64,000 bases of DNA from an uncultured delta proteobacterium (GTDB taxonomy: Bacteria > Desulfobacterota > Desulfobaccia > Desulfobaccales > 0-14-0-80-60-11). A program made the translations under genes and the position numbers. The stretch is taken from positions 272,333 through 336,332 of the forward strand of contig CAVPVR010000009.1 in NCBI GenBank assembly GCA_963709285.1, given 5' to 3'. The notes beneath the pieces were generated by a model, which worked only from the letters and a program-made list of their open reading frames with translations, was not told where the DNA came from and ran no database searches. Each line of letters starts with the position of its first letter. Within the stretch, counting starts at the first letter, position 1. This document shows, one piece after another, positions 29,140 through 40,531 of this stretch.

Positions 29140-29265
29140 ACTGGGCTCGGGCTGGCCATTGTCAAGCACATTGCCCAAGCCCATGGCGGGAAAGTGGCGG
29201 TGGAGAGCACCCCTGGCCAGGGTAGTGCCTTTTCCCTGTTCCTTCAGGACGACCGGGGGATTTGA
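29140..29265 (+). pseudogene. C-terminal remnant of a sensor histidine kinase (HATPase_c, PhoR-like)
   Basis: Manual translation [35 protein letters not shown] with no upstream part of the gene. Confidence 0.85.
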
Positions 29266-29276
29266 TCAGAGGACTA

Positions 29277-29420
29277 ATACCGAGTTGCACTCAACCAGAT
29301 AATATTTAGAAAATTTCAGGTTCAATTTTCCTTTAGGTAGGTGGCACAGGCGTCTCGCCTGTGCAAGCGCAGGCTAAAGCTTGCGGTTACAAAAAATACT
29401 TCATGATTGCAACTCTGTAT
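29277..29420. mobile_element. MITE (TIR ATAC.GAGTTGC) carrying an inverted REP doublet
   Basis: TIRs 29277-29288 and 29409-29420; REPs at 29341-29364 and 29367-29390. Confidence 0.65.
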
Positions 29421-29441
29421 CAGGCCGACCCCCTTACCCGG

Positions 29442-29669
29442 TTAAATGACGTTCCTCATGAGGAATCTTATGGTGTTGTCCTTGATCTTGCCCTCGCACA
29501 TGGCGCTGAGGTGCTGGTGGCAGCACGGGCACAGATACACGTGCTTCACGGTCCTGTGAATATCTTCGTAAGGGGTTTTTCGATCACACAAGTCGCACAT
29601 ATACTGCACCCCGTTTTCCTTGGCTCTAAAAATCTCACGGCTCCAATTCCTCCTGGCCTGGACTTCCAT
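29442..29669 (-). CDS. Small Cys-rich (Zn-ribbon-like) hypothetical protein, 75 aa
   Basis: GGAGG RBS before ATG 29669; CDLC...CPCC. Confidence 0.65.
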   Translation of the reverse strand: MEVQARRNWSREIFRAKENGVQYMCDLCDRKTPYEDIHRTVKHVYLCPCCHQHLSAMCEGKIKDNTIRFLMRNVI

Positions 29670-30220
29670 GTCGACCTCCGCGCTCTTTTGATGATTAGAT
29701 TGTCGGGTCGTGGCGCCCGATACCACCTTTCCTCGGTCGTCCCTGTTCAGGGACGTGTTTCTGGTGAAAATGACATAAATAAACGAACCAGCGAAATTAA
29801 CACACGGGCAGTGCAATAATGGTCACCCCTCCCGAAAGACAGTGCCTGAGAATGAAATAACCGATGGCTGAAAGAGACTGCTCATCCTGACTTCCTCTGA
29901 TTATCAAGGGAAACTTAGGATTGCACCGCTAAGGTTGAGAGGATCTGTTCTTTAATTTCAGGACAATGAAACAGAGAATCAGCACTCGAGCGAGCCGAAA
30001 ACCATTGGGAGCAGGAACTGGAGATAAAGTTTGCAGCTATAACATCATACTTTCCCTGAGATTGTCAAGAAATATTTCTTAGATTTTTAACAGTAAACCC
30101 TGGTGAGCCTGTCGGGCATTTTTCTCAAGTTAAGCGCTTCGGCCAGCCTGCCAAACTCGTCATTAATCACCGGACCTGGTAAATCCAGAGATGATCTGAT
30201 TATCTCCTTAATATTCCCAC

Positions 30221-30348
30221 TCATACCAAGTTGCCATCAAAGGTAAACAAGTACTTTGTAGGGGCGCACCCATGTGTGCCCCCAAATGTTGGGCCGACAC
30301 ACGGGTCGGCCCCTACAAAAAATGCTTTTTGAACGCAACTTGGTATGA
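30221..30348. mobile_element. MITE (perfect 14-bp TIR) carrying a GTAGGGGC REP doublet
   Basis: TCATACCAAGTTGC and GCAACTTGGTATGA; core GTAGGGGCG...GGCCCCTAC at 30258-30316. Confidence 0.75.
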
Positions 30349-30400
30349 GGGAGGGGGGATTTTGCCCTTCGGGATAGATTCGGCTTAAAGCAGAATGTCC

Positions 30401-31717
30401 TTAGTGAGGAGGCAAGCCCCGGTCGGTACACCAATAGATGATCACCCCCCCCAGAAGTACGCCCAGCAAGATAAAAAGACCCAGGGGGGTGTGGGCCAGG
30501 GCGTACGACGTCGAACTGTAAAGCATAAACAGACAGCAGGTGGAAAAGATGAGCGGTATGGCGGGATAGCCCGTTACCTTGTAGGGGCGAGGTTGATGGG
30601 GTTCCTGGCGCCGGAGAAGGAAGACAGACAGCGCCGTGGCCAGAAAGAAGCCCCACACCACCGGGGCCGTGTACAAGATGGTATCAATAAAAGACCCAGC
30701 CACCAGGACAATGGCCAGGCTCAGGCCACCTTGCACCACGAGGGCCCAGACCGGCGTGCCGAGGTGTCGGCTCCATGTCCCCAAGGGTCGGAAGGACCGG
30801 TGATCCGCGCCCAGAGCATACGAGATACGGGCTCCGGTAAAGATAAGACCATTCACCGCCCCGAGAGCCGAAATGCAAATGAGCACCGCGATGATGCGAC
30901 CAGCAGCCTGAGGGAATACCCGGCCCACCATATCAACGGCCACCGCGGGGGACTTGGACATGGGCACCAGTCCCAGAGCGGACAGAAAGGCGCCGTTAAT
31001 CAGCAAATACAGGACCGTGACGGCCACCGTGCCGATCACCAGGGCGCGCCGGATATTCTGGCGCGGCCGCTTTACTTCAGCGGCGACGTAGGCCATTTCG
31101 TTCCAGCCACCAAAGGTGAAGAGCACCAGGATAAAGGCCAGTTCAAGGCCGCCCCAGGTGAAACTCTGGGGTTGGGCCAGGGCCGGGGCCGGCTCCGGCG
31201 CCACCAGGCCGGCGGCACTGATGGCCACCAGTCCCAAAACCTTGGCCACGGTGAGCAGGTTCTGCGTCCATTTGCTTGCGGTTACCCCGATGATGTTGAT
31301 ACCCGTCAACACCACGATGGCGGCTCCGGCGTATAACAGGCGGCCGTCGGCCACGGGAGCGTAAAGGGTCTGGGCGTAGCGGGCAAAAACAAAAGCCATC
31401 AGGGCAATATCACCGGGCCGCACGATGGCCAATTGGGACCAGCCGAACAGATAGCCTGTCCAGCGGCCGTAGGCTCGGGTCAGGTAAACGTAGTCCCCGC
31501 CCTCCCGGGGATAGGTGGTGGCCAGTTCGGCGTAGCACAGGGCCCCGGTCAAGGCAATCAAACCTCCCGCCAGCCAGATACCCAATACGGCTGGGCCACT
31601 GCCCAAACAGTTAGCCACCAACGGCGCGGTCTCATAGATGCCCGCACCGATGATGATCCCTACGATGATGCAGGTCGAATCAAACAGGGAAAGCTCTTTT
31701 TTCGGAGCGCCTTCCAC
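30401..31717 (-). CDS. APC-family amino acid permease
   Basis: IIGAGIY, YAELAT.YP.EGG.YVY, GGWNE, about 12 TM segments. Confidence 0.93.
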   Translation of the reverse strand: MEGAPKKELSLFDSTCIIVGIIIGAGIYETAPLVANCLGSGPAVLGIWLAGGLIALTGALCYAELATTYPREGGDYVYLTRAYGRWTGYLFGWSQLAIVRPGDIALMAFVFARYAQTLYAPVADGRLLYAGAAIVVLTGINIIGVTASKWTQNLLTVAKVLGLVAISAAGLVAPEPAPALAQPQSFTWGGLELAFILVLFTFGGWNEMAYVAAEVKRPRQNIRRALVIGTVAVTVLYLLINGAFLSALGLVPMSKSPAVAVDMVGRVFPQAAGRIIAVLICISALGAVNGLIFTGARISYALGADHRSFRPLGTWSRHLGTPVWALVVQGGLSLAIVLVAGSFIDTILYTAPVVWGFFLATALSVFLLRRQEPHQPRPYKVTGYPAIPLIFSTCCLFMLYSSTSYALAHTPLGLFILLGVLLGGVIIYWCTDRGLPPH

Positions 31718-31777
31718 AACAGTTCCCCATAAGTTCGGTGTATTTTTTCAGTACTGTCATTCCTTCTCTTCGGTTTT

Positions 31778-32482
31778 TCACCGTTTCTTGACCGACAGGC
31801 TGATGCCAGTGGATTCCATGTTTAAAAAGATGGTCTCCAGATTAGGGTCAGTGGTGATGGCCTGGAGGAACTCCGGGGAGGGAGAGGGTCGCTTGACATT
31901 GTCGGCCAAAATCAGTCCCCCCGGACGGACCAGGGGCAGAAGCTTGTTGAGGTAGTCCAAATAGCCGGGTTTGTCCGCGTCTATGAAGAGGATATCGATG
32001 GGTGCTTTCAGCCGGCTGACGGTTTTATGAGCATCACCCACGACCACTGTGACCAAGTGGTCAACCTTGGCTTTGTGGAAATTCTTGCGGGCCAGCTCAG
32101 CCACTTGAGGATCGAGTTCATGAGTGATGAGCTTACCGCCGGTGGCTTGGAGACCCAAGCAGATCCAGAGGGCCGAGTAACCGTTGGAGGTGCCAATCTC
32201 CACGACATTTTTCGCATTGACCGCCTCAGTGAGAATCCGAAGCAATCTCCCATGAAGGGTATCAACATTGGCCATCCAGGGCCCTTCTCGCACTTCATCC
32301 AGGACGCTCAAGATCCTTTTTTCTGATGCCGTTTTGGCGAGGGGCGGATTTTCCAAAGACGCCAAGCTCGTTCCCCAATCCCTGCCAAAAAAACTCTTCA
32401 TACTAAAATCCTCACCCAGGGCCATGAAGATTACCCAGATGCTCCCTACAAGTATTATGCCGAAAAGTTTCAATATTTTCAT
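31778..32482 (-). CDS. Class I SAM-dependent O-methyltransferase (CCoAOMT-like) with N-terminal signal/anchor
   Basis: VEIGTSNGYS, FIDADK, RPGGLILADN. Confidence 0.9.
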   Translation of the reverse strand: MKILKLFGIILVGSIWVIFMALGEDFSMKSFFGRDWGTSLASLENPPLAKTASEKRILSVLDEVREGPWMANVDTLHGRLLRILTEAVNAKNVVEIGTSNGYSALWICLGLQATGGKLITHELDPQVAELARKNFHKAKVDHLVTVVVGDAHKTVSRLKAPIDILFIDADKPGYLDYLNKLLPLVRPGGLILADNVKRPSPSPEFLQAITTDPNLETIFLNMESTGISLSVKKR

Positions 32483-32855
32483 GTTTTCCTCCCTTCTCTG
32501 GCACTGCTGGGGTCCTGGTTCCCCGGGGGATTCACTCCGTCAGGTGATGAGTAGGTTCAAGGCTCGTAACCTAATAAAACCCCAAAGGAGAGAAAATCGG
32601 CGGCGGTTTTTAGGAGGATAACCGCTGGGGGGCTTAGCCGTTCCGAGGGGCTCAAACCGACGCCAGCTAAAGGTTTAATGACCGCTGCCATCTCTCTGGC
32701 TGCCTGTGAAGCCCTGAAGTGACGATTTAGAGGCGGCTGAATAAGGGGAATTTTGGGAGGCATTTCTTTGGGGATTAACGTTTCCGAGGTTCTGTGGTCT
32801 TATCTGGTAAATATGCTCAGATTGATTTGCGATACTCATACGAAGGAGAAATAAC

Positions 32856-33125
32856 ATGAAAAAATTTATCTTATTTGGCGCGCTTGCAACATTTTTATTT
32901 CTCGGATCTTCAGTTCAGGCTCGAGACTGGCCTGAGCCCATGGGACCGAGGGTAAGAGCCCCTCATCATTACCACCATACATGGGGACCTAAGTCGGCGA
33001 AATGGCATCATAAGCATCATCATAGATGGCATCATAGACCGGCGAAATGGGGTCACCACAAATACTATCATAAATGGCATCATAGGCCGGCAAGATGGAG
33101 ACACGGTAACTACCGCCATATCTAA
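32856..33125 (+). CDS. Secreted His/Trp-rich repeat peptide
   Basis: AGGAG RBS, Sec signal ending VQA, repeats of PAKW(G)HH...W HHR. Confidence 0.75.
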   Translation: MKKFILFGALATFLFLGSSVQARDWPEPMGPRVRAPHHYHHTWGPKSAKWHHKHHHRWHHRPAKWGHHKYYHKWHHRPARWRHGNYRHI

Positions 33126-33588
33126 AAACTATGGCACCACTTAACGTTCTCCACATCGTTCAGGTTGACAGAAACATAGGCTGCAGAAGCTTAAACCATG
33201 AGGGCATGAAGATACCATACCAACCAACGGGGATGGCGCCCTGGCCCCAGGGGTGAGGCAGGCAACCCCGACCACTCCCCATGGAGATGGATGAACCAGG
33301 GGCCGCCCCGGTGATGGATGGGAACCAAACCGGACTAAATCCAGCAAATTATACCCCCAACTCTTGAACTCGGTAGGTTGGGTCAAATGGAGAGGCCGAG
33401 AAGTTAACAGGGGAGCGCCAGCGCCGCATTGCCAAGCAGGGTCAGCATTGGCCCTGCATTTTTGCTTATGGGCGAAGGGAAATAGTGAATTTCTGGTGAC
33501 CTTTCACGGTGTTGACCCGGCGGCGGTTCCAACGCATAATACGATGAGCCTTTCATTCGAACGGCAAGTCCCGAATACGAGGTAAACT

Positions 33589-34053
33589 ATGCGGGTGGTC
33601 ATCGGCTCTGATCATGCGGGTTTCGACCTGAAGGAGCAGGTCAAAGCCTTGCTAACCGATTTGGGACACGAAGTGGTGGATGTCGGTACACACAACCCAG
33701 AACCGGTGGATTATCCTGATTATGCCGAGGCGGTCGGCCAGGCAATCCGGGCAAATCAGGCGGACCGCGGGGTGTTGATCTGCGGCAGTGGGGTGGGGGC
33801 GTCTATTGCCGCCAATAAGTTGCCCGGTGTCCGGGCCGGGCTGTGCCACGACACCTATTCAGCCCACCAAGGCGTGGAACATGACAATATGAATGTTTTG
33901 GTGCTGGGAGCACGAGTCATCGGTCCGGAGCTAGCCCGTGAGTTGATCAGAGCCTATCTGGCAGCCGAATTTTCCGGCGGGGCGCGACATCGTCGGCGGT
34001 TAGAAAAGGTGCGGGCCTTGGAAACAAAATACTCTCAAACAGGTGATTTCTAA
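33589..34053 (+). CDS. rpiB: Ribose-5-phosphate isomerase B
   Basis: GSDHAG, DYPD, CGSGVG, ANK, RH.RR. Confidence 0.96.
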   Translation: MRVVIGSDHAGFDLKEQVKALLTDLGHEVVDVGTHNPEPVDYPDYAEAVGQAIRANQADRGVLICGSGVGASIAANKLPGVRAGLCHDTYSAHQGVEHDNMNVLVLGARVIGPELARELIRAYLAAEFSGGARHRRRLEKVRALETKYSQTGDF

Positions 34054-34371
34054 GCTCTGCCACCGAGCCGGATAGGCGAACCTTTCCCTGACAGTCGGCG
34101 ATCTCCTGTCCCTCGACCGGCTGGCTCCAAAAGCGGCGCGAACCGCAACAGAAAAGATAGACACGGCCAGCGGGAAAAAAACAGACTAGGACTCAGACCA
34201 AGGCCCCAATTCGCATCATTTTTTAACCATGAGTTAACGTTGCCCGGAGATAAGCTCCGTACTAGGGGAACAAGCTGCCGCCCTTGGCCCTTGAGGCAAG
34301 ATATAATCAAGAGGTTTTCAAAAGTTACCTCGAAAACCAGAAAGTCGGCAATTTTCAATCCAGCATGCTGA

Positions 34372-36024
<1,653 letters not shown>

Positions 36025-36227
36025 AAACCTTTAACCTAACTTATCATCAGACCGGCAGGCAAAATGATGGTAAAAAAATGCATTATTTAAAGCTTCCAGG
36101 GTGTGCACTTCAGATGTTATCTTTTTGTGAGGTCGCCGCTCTGGACCCACCGGCAGAGGGTAGACTGGCAGTCGAAGGGTCGCATGGGCTACCGTAAACC
36201 TTGCTCTGCTCCGCGGAGGTAATTAGG

Positions 36228-36800
36228 ATGACCACGGAAAAGCAAATCTCGGTCCACCCTTTGGTGCCCAAGGCGGTTTTCTTGACCAGGGGGGTGGGGG
36301 TTCACTCAGAGAGGCTCAACTCTTTTGAAGAGGCCCTGCGGGATGCCAGGATATCCTCTCTCAATCTGGTCACGGTTTCATCCATCGTGCCCCCCAACTG
36401 CCAGCTTTTGGATATTGACGAGGGACTGGAGCAGCTTTCTCCCGGCCAGCTCACTTTTAGCGTGATGTCGAGGTGTGATTGCGACGAAGAAGGCAGATTA
36501 ATGACCGCCGCGGTCGCCATACTCCTGCCCGAGAATCCCGATGATTACGGCTATATCAGTGAATTCCATGGATATGGCATGGAAGCCGAGGAAGTGGAGG
36601 ATTGGGTCTGCGACCAGGCGGCCGAGCTCTATGCCTCGGCCAAGGGTTTGAAAATTAATTGGAAACGGGCCTGGTCTCCGGAAGCGGAAAAATATACCCT
36701 GGCCGAGCGCAGTTTCTCTCCCAAGTATGTGGTCTCCATGGCGCGAGGCAAAAAGGAGAAATGGGTCACCACTGTAGCTGCGGCGGTTTTTATTCTTTAA
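36228..36800 (+). CDS. Pyruvoyl-dependent arginine decarboxylase
   Basis: SFEEALRDA, NLVTVSSIVPP (Ser-Ser autocleavage site), GYISE; GGAGG RBS. Confidence 0.88.
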   Translation: MTTEKQISVHPLVPKAVFLTRGVGVHSERLNSFEEALRDARISSLNLVTVSSIVPPNCQLLDIDEGLEQLSPGQLTFSVMSRCDCDEEGRLMTAAVAILLPENPDDYGYISEFHGYGMEAEEVEDWVCDQAAELYASAKGLKINWKRAWSPEAEKYTLAERSFSPKYVVSMARGKKEKWVTTVAAAVFIL

Positions 36801-36827
36801 ATTAACCACCTTTTCAATTAAAAATTT

Positions 36828-37210
36828 TTATAGATTTCCTCTTTCCCTTTTTTGCCGAGCCCGCCTCAGCAGCCAGCCGTATATCCCCAGATTGCCCCCT
36901 AATACCAAAATCCCCAGGATAATTTGTAAGTTCCGGGTGAGGTCCGCCGGGTACAGCAGGGGAAGGAGGTAGTCTCGACGAAATCAGTATGATAGGGAGT
37001 CGCGCCACCCGACTCCCGGAGCCGGTTTTCCAGCGGAGTGAGAGGGCACACCCAACCGGCCAATTCAATGAGCGCGGCCCAGAGGAAGGCAGGGACATGC
37101 AGCCATGCCAATCTCTTCCACCAACAGACCAGAAACCCGCCGAAAACTGCAAACAGGACAAAAGCCAGGTGGACAATGACAATCAGGTCAGCAAGGTGAT
37201 GATACGGCAT
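36828..37210 (-). CDS. DUF2784-family membrane protein, frameshifted near 36972
   Basis: H.AFVLF, CPLTPLEN; adding one C restores FVEHYLLPLLYP. Confidence 0.8.
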
Positions 37211-37289
37211 CAGGCATCAAACAATCCTTGATATATGAAATTCACCGGACGGCCGAATCTAAACACCATTGCTGAATAATTACTCAATC

Positions 37290-37643
37290 CTAACCCTTAC
37301 TATTATAAGTTCTATCATTGGTGAGGATATTCTCAGACAATTTCTTCACCAACAAGACAGCAATTCCCCATACGAAAGGCAGCCAAGTAGGTATGAAATA
37401 AAAAGGTTTGGCATAGCTCCAAGCCCCGAATAAAATTGCAATAAATTCTCCTAACGGCCCCAGGACAAAAGCAATAAAATAGAAAATAACATCACTTTTT
37501 GTATGATAACGAATAAAAAGAAGAATGCTTATGACAAAATAGCAACCGGTCAATAAGGCAGAATTTTCCCAAAATAAACATACTAAAATTACACAGACTG
37601 CGTATATACTCAATAAGATAACAATAGTGGTTCTTGTTTTCAT
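37290..37643 (-). CDS. Small AT-rich membrane protein (DUF2878-like)
   Basis: Four TM segments; GPLGE, GAWSY, PTWLPFVWG. Confidence 0.65.
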   Translation of the reverse strand: MKTRTTIVILLSIYAVCVILVCLFWENSALLTGCYFVISILLFIRYHTKSDVIFYFIAFVLGPLGEFIAILFGAWSYAKPFYFIPTWLPFVWGIAVLLVKKLSENILTNDRTYNSKG

Positions 37644-38009
37644 TGTAGATTAAGGGCAGGTATCAGAATTTTCACTTTTTTCCATTATAGCATCCAATAA
37701 TCTATATGGCCACGATGGAAATTATAAAATCTATCATCAGGAGAGACCTCGAGCGCCGTCTGGGCCTCAAAGCCAGCCCCCGGAGAGCCTGGTGCTTCAG
37801 CCTGAAAGATCTACCCTTGATTTGGACAGCCCCTCCTTTTATCTCTTGATCATCAACCTTTATAGAAAATGCGGTATGGTTTTCGGGAGGCCGTGAACAT
37901 TACCGGTTAATACCAATTGACATCTTTGCTATTCTATGCCATGCAATACTTATTGTTGTAAGCCACTGCCAGTTGAGCCTGGCAATTAACTAAAGCAAAG
38001 GGCTATATT

Positions 38010-39740
38010 ATGAATAGAATACTGCGTCTCAACATGGCTGAGAAAAGTGTTACGTGGCAAGAAGTATCGGAGGCCTACGCTGGTTTGGGTGGTCGCGCCT
38101 TCACCTCCCGGCTCATCAGGGAGGAAGTGCCGCCTACCTGCCACCCTTTGAGCCCCGCCAACAAGCTGATCGTGGCCCCGGGTCTCTTGACCGGGACCCC
38201 GGCCGCCAATGTCGGGCGCATCTCTGTGGGCGGCAAATCACCCCTGACCGGCGGTATCAAGGAGAGCAATTCGGGAGGTCTCGTCTCTCAAAAACTGGCT
38301 CGCCTGGGCATCAAAGCTGTGGTGGTGGAAGGCGGACCGGAGGATGGCGAATTCTCCCTGGTTACCATCACCAAAGACGGGGTGAACTTTCTCCCCGCAG
38401 ATGAGTACGTGGGTCTGGGAAATTACGATACCATGGCCCGTCTGTGGGAGCGGTTCGGTAAAGGGGTCGGGGTCATGAGCATCGGCCAGGCCGGGGAAAA
38501 GCGCCTGACCGGGGCCTCCATCCACTTCGCCGACCCCCAGGGCCGTCCGGGTCGGGCTGCGGGCCGGGGCGGCCTGGGCGCCCTGATGGGCGCCAAAAAG
38601 CTCAAAGCCCTGGTGGTGGATGATAGCGGCGCCGATAAAGTCCCGCTGGCCGACCCGGAGAAGTTCAAAGAGGCCTCCCGGCGCTGGGCCAAACACCTGA
38701 TGGACCACCCGGTGAGCGGCCAGGCCTTGCCCGCTTACGGCACCGCCGTCTTGATCAATATTGTCAATGAAGCCGGCGCTCTGCCCACCAAAAATTTCCG
38801 GGGCGGCCGCTTCGAGTTTGCCGAGGACATCAGCGGCGAGCGCATGGTGGAGTTGATCAAAGAGCGAGGCGGCAAGACCAAAGAGGGTTGTCACCCGGGG
38901 TGCGTCATCCAGTGCTCCCAAACTTACCACGACGCATCGGGGAAGTACCTGACCTCCGGTTTTGAATATGAAACCATCTGGGCTCTAGGGGCCAACACCT
39001 TGATCAAACATCTCGATGACATTGCCATGATTGACCGCCTGTGCGACGACTTTGGCCTTGATACCATCGAAATGGGCTGCACCCTGGGAGTGCTCATGGA
39101 AGGCGGGGTAATTCCCTGGGGAGATGGCCAGGCAGCCATTGACATGGTTAAGAAAGTGGCCACGGCGGACCCCTGGGGCCTGATTATCGGCAATGGCTCG
39201 GTGTTCACCGGCCGGGCTCTGGGGGTGGACCGGGTGCCGGCCATGAAGGGCCAGGGTTTGCCGGCTTACGACCCCCGGGCCGAAAAAGGAACGGGCCTTA
39301 CCTATGCCACCAGCCCCATGGGCGGGGACCACACCGCCGGGTATGGGGTGGCTGTCAACCTCCTGGGGTGCGCCGGCGGCGGCAACCCCTTAACCAAGGA
39401 GGGCAACATCGAGCTGTCCCGGAACCTGCAAATCGCTACGGCGGCCATTGATGCCACCGGCCTTTGCCTGTTTGTGGCCTTCCCGGTCCTGGACCATGCC
39501 GAGGCGCTCCAGTGCATCGTCGACATGATCAACGCCCGCTATGGCCTGCATTTAGGTACCGACGCAGTCACGGCGTTGGGAGAACAGGTGCTTCGGGATG
39601 AGTGCAGCTTCAACCGGGACGCCGGCTTCACCAAGGCCCAAGACCGCCTGCCGGAGTTTTTCAAAGAAACCCTGAAGCCTCATAATGTCACCTGGGACTT
39701 CACCGACGCCGAAGTGGACCAGGTGTTGGAGGGTTTTTAA
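38010..39740 (+). CDS. aor: Tungsten-containing aldehyde:ferredoxin oxidoreductase
   Basis: KSPLTGGIKES, AGRGGLGA.MG, GCHPGCVIQC, EYET, CDDFGLDTI, YDPR. Confidence 0.93.
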   Translation: MNRILRLNMAEKSVTWQEVSEAYAGLGGRAFTSRLIREEVPPTCHPLSPANKLIVAPGLLTGTPAANVGRISVGGKSPLTGGIKESNSGGLVSQKLARLGIKAVVVEGGPEDGEFSLVTITKDGVNFLPADEYVGLGNYDTMARLWERFGKGVGVMSIGQAGEKRLTGASIHFADPQGRPGRAAGRGGLGALMGAKKLKALVVDDSGADKVPLADPEKFKEASRRWAKHLMDHPVSGQALPAYGTAVLINIVNEAGALPTKNFRGGRFEFAEDISGERMVELIKERGGKTKEGCHPGCVIQCSQTYHDASGKYLTSGFEYETIWALGANTLIKHLDDIAMIDRLCDDFGLDTIEMGCTLGVLMEGGVIPWGDGQAAIDMVKKVATADPWGLIIGNGSVFTGRALGVDRVPAMKGQGLPAYDPRAEKGTGLTYATSPMGGDHTAGYGVAVNLLGCAGGGNPLTKEGNIELSRNLQIATAAIDATGLCLFVAFPVLDHAEALQCIVDMINARYGLHLGTDAVTALGEQVLRDECSFNRDAGFTKAQDRLPEFFKETLKPHNVTWDFTDAEVDQVLEGF

Positions 39741-39748
39741 ACGATTTG

Positions 39749-39934
39749 TGGGGGAGGGGGCCAAGGATCGCAGACCCTTGCCCCCTCCCCCACGCCCCCT
39801 CCCCCAATCCCTTAAGGGGTGGAGAAATGGCTGGCAAGTCGGGGCCTTAAGCCCCGCCTTGCCAGCCCCCTCAGCGGGTTGGGAGGGGGGTTTGGGGGGA
39901 GGGCAGGGACATCAGGTCCCTGGCCCTCCCCCCA
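39749..39934. repeat. Composite G/C-rich palindromic repeat
   Basis: Two GGGGAGGG...CCCTCCCC hairpins flank a central hairpin; relatives at about 11094, 15827, 40286 and 54613. Confidence 0.7.
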
Positions 39935-39961
39935 AAATCTTTGTTTCCCGGTTAAACCACC

Positions 39962-40201
39962 ATGCCTCTCCAGGTCTTCCTAAATGCCACCCTGCGGCTA
40001 TATGTGCCGGGATACAATCCTTACGAGGGCATCACCCGGGAAGTGCCGCCCGGCACCCCGGTTTCCCGCCTCATTTCCCAGCTTGGCGTGCCTCTTGAAG
40101 AAGTTACCCTGATTATGGTCAACGGCCGGCGGCAGCAACCGGACTTCCCCCTGCAGGGTGACGAACGGGTGGGCCTGTTTCCTCCCATCGGCGGCGGTTG
40201 A
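39962..40201 (+). CDS. MoaD/ThiS sulfur-carrier protein
   Basis: MVNG, C-terminal FPPIGGG; directly after aor. Confidence 0.9.
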   Translation: MPLQVFLNATLRLYVPGYNPYEGITREVPPGTPVSRLISQLGVPLEEVTLIMVNGRRQQPDFPLQGDERVGLFPPIGGG

Positions 40202-40285
40202 TACCCCTTTGCAGGCAATGGGTAATTCTGTGAGAGCCGACCCAGGGTCGGCCCTTAACTTGAGATTGTTGTAAAGAGATTTTTG

Positions 40286-40469
40286 GGAAAGGGGCCCAGG
40301 GGTCGCAGACCCATGCCCCCTCTGACCAGCATTCTTCCAAAACCCCCATATTAAACGGGAGCACAGGCTTCCAGCCTGTGCAGGAACAGGCAGGATGCCT
40401 GTTCTCCCGGTCCAAGGGAGGGAAGGGGAGTTTGAGGGGAGCAAAACACAGGCGAGACGCCTGCGCCAC
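40286..40469. repeat. Cluster of REP-like palindromes between convergent genes
   Basis: 40358-40381, 40384-40407 and 40446-40469 share the CACAGGC..GCCTGTG design. Confidence 0.7.
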
Positions 40470-40531
40470 AGGGCCCGTGGTCCCCCGGCCCGCCCCTCAA
40501 GATTCTTTCAGAATATTTTCACCTGAGGTTC

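Noticed and set aside
29820-30030. SAM-I, lysine or glycine riboswitch call
   Set aside because: Only scattered words match; core motifs are missing or on the wrong strand.
27794-33400. Intact integrative element at tRNA-Gln
   Set aside because: No integrase and no duplicated tRNA 3' end was seen.
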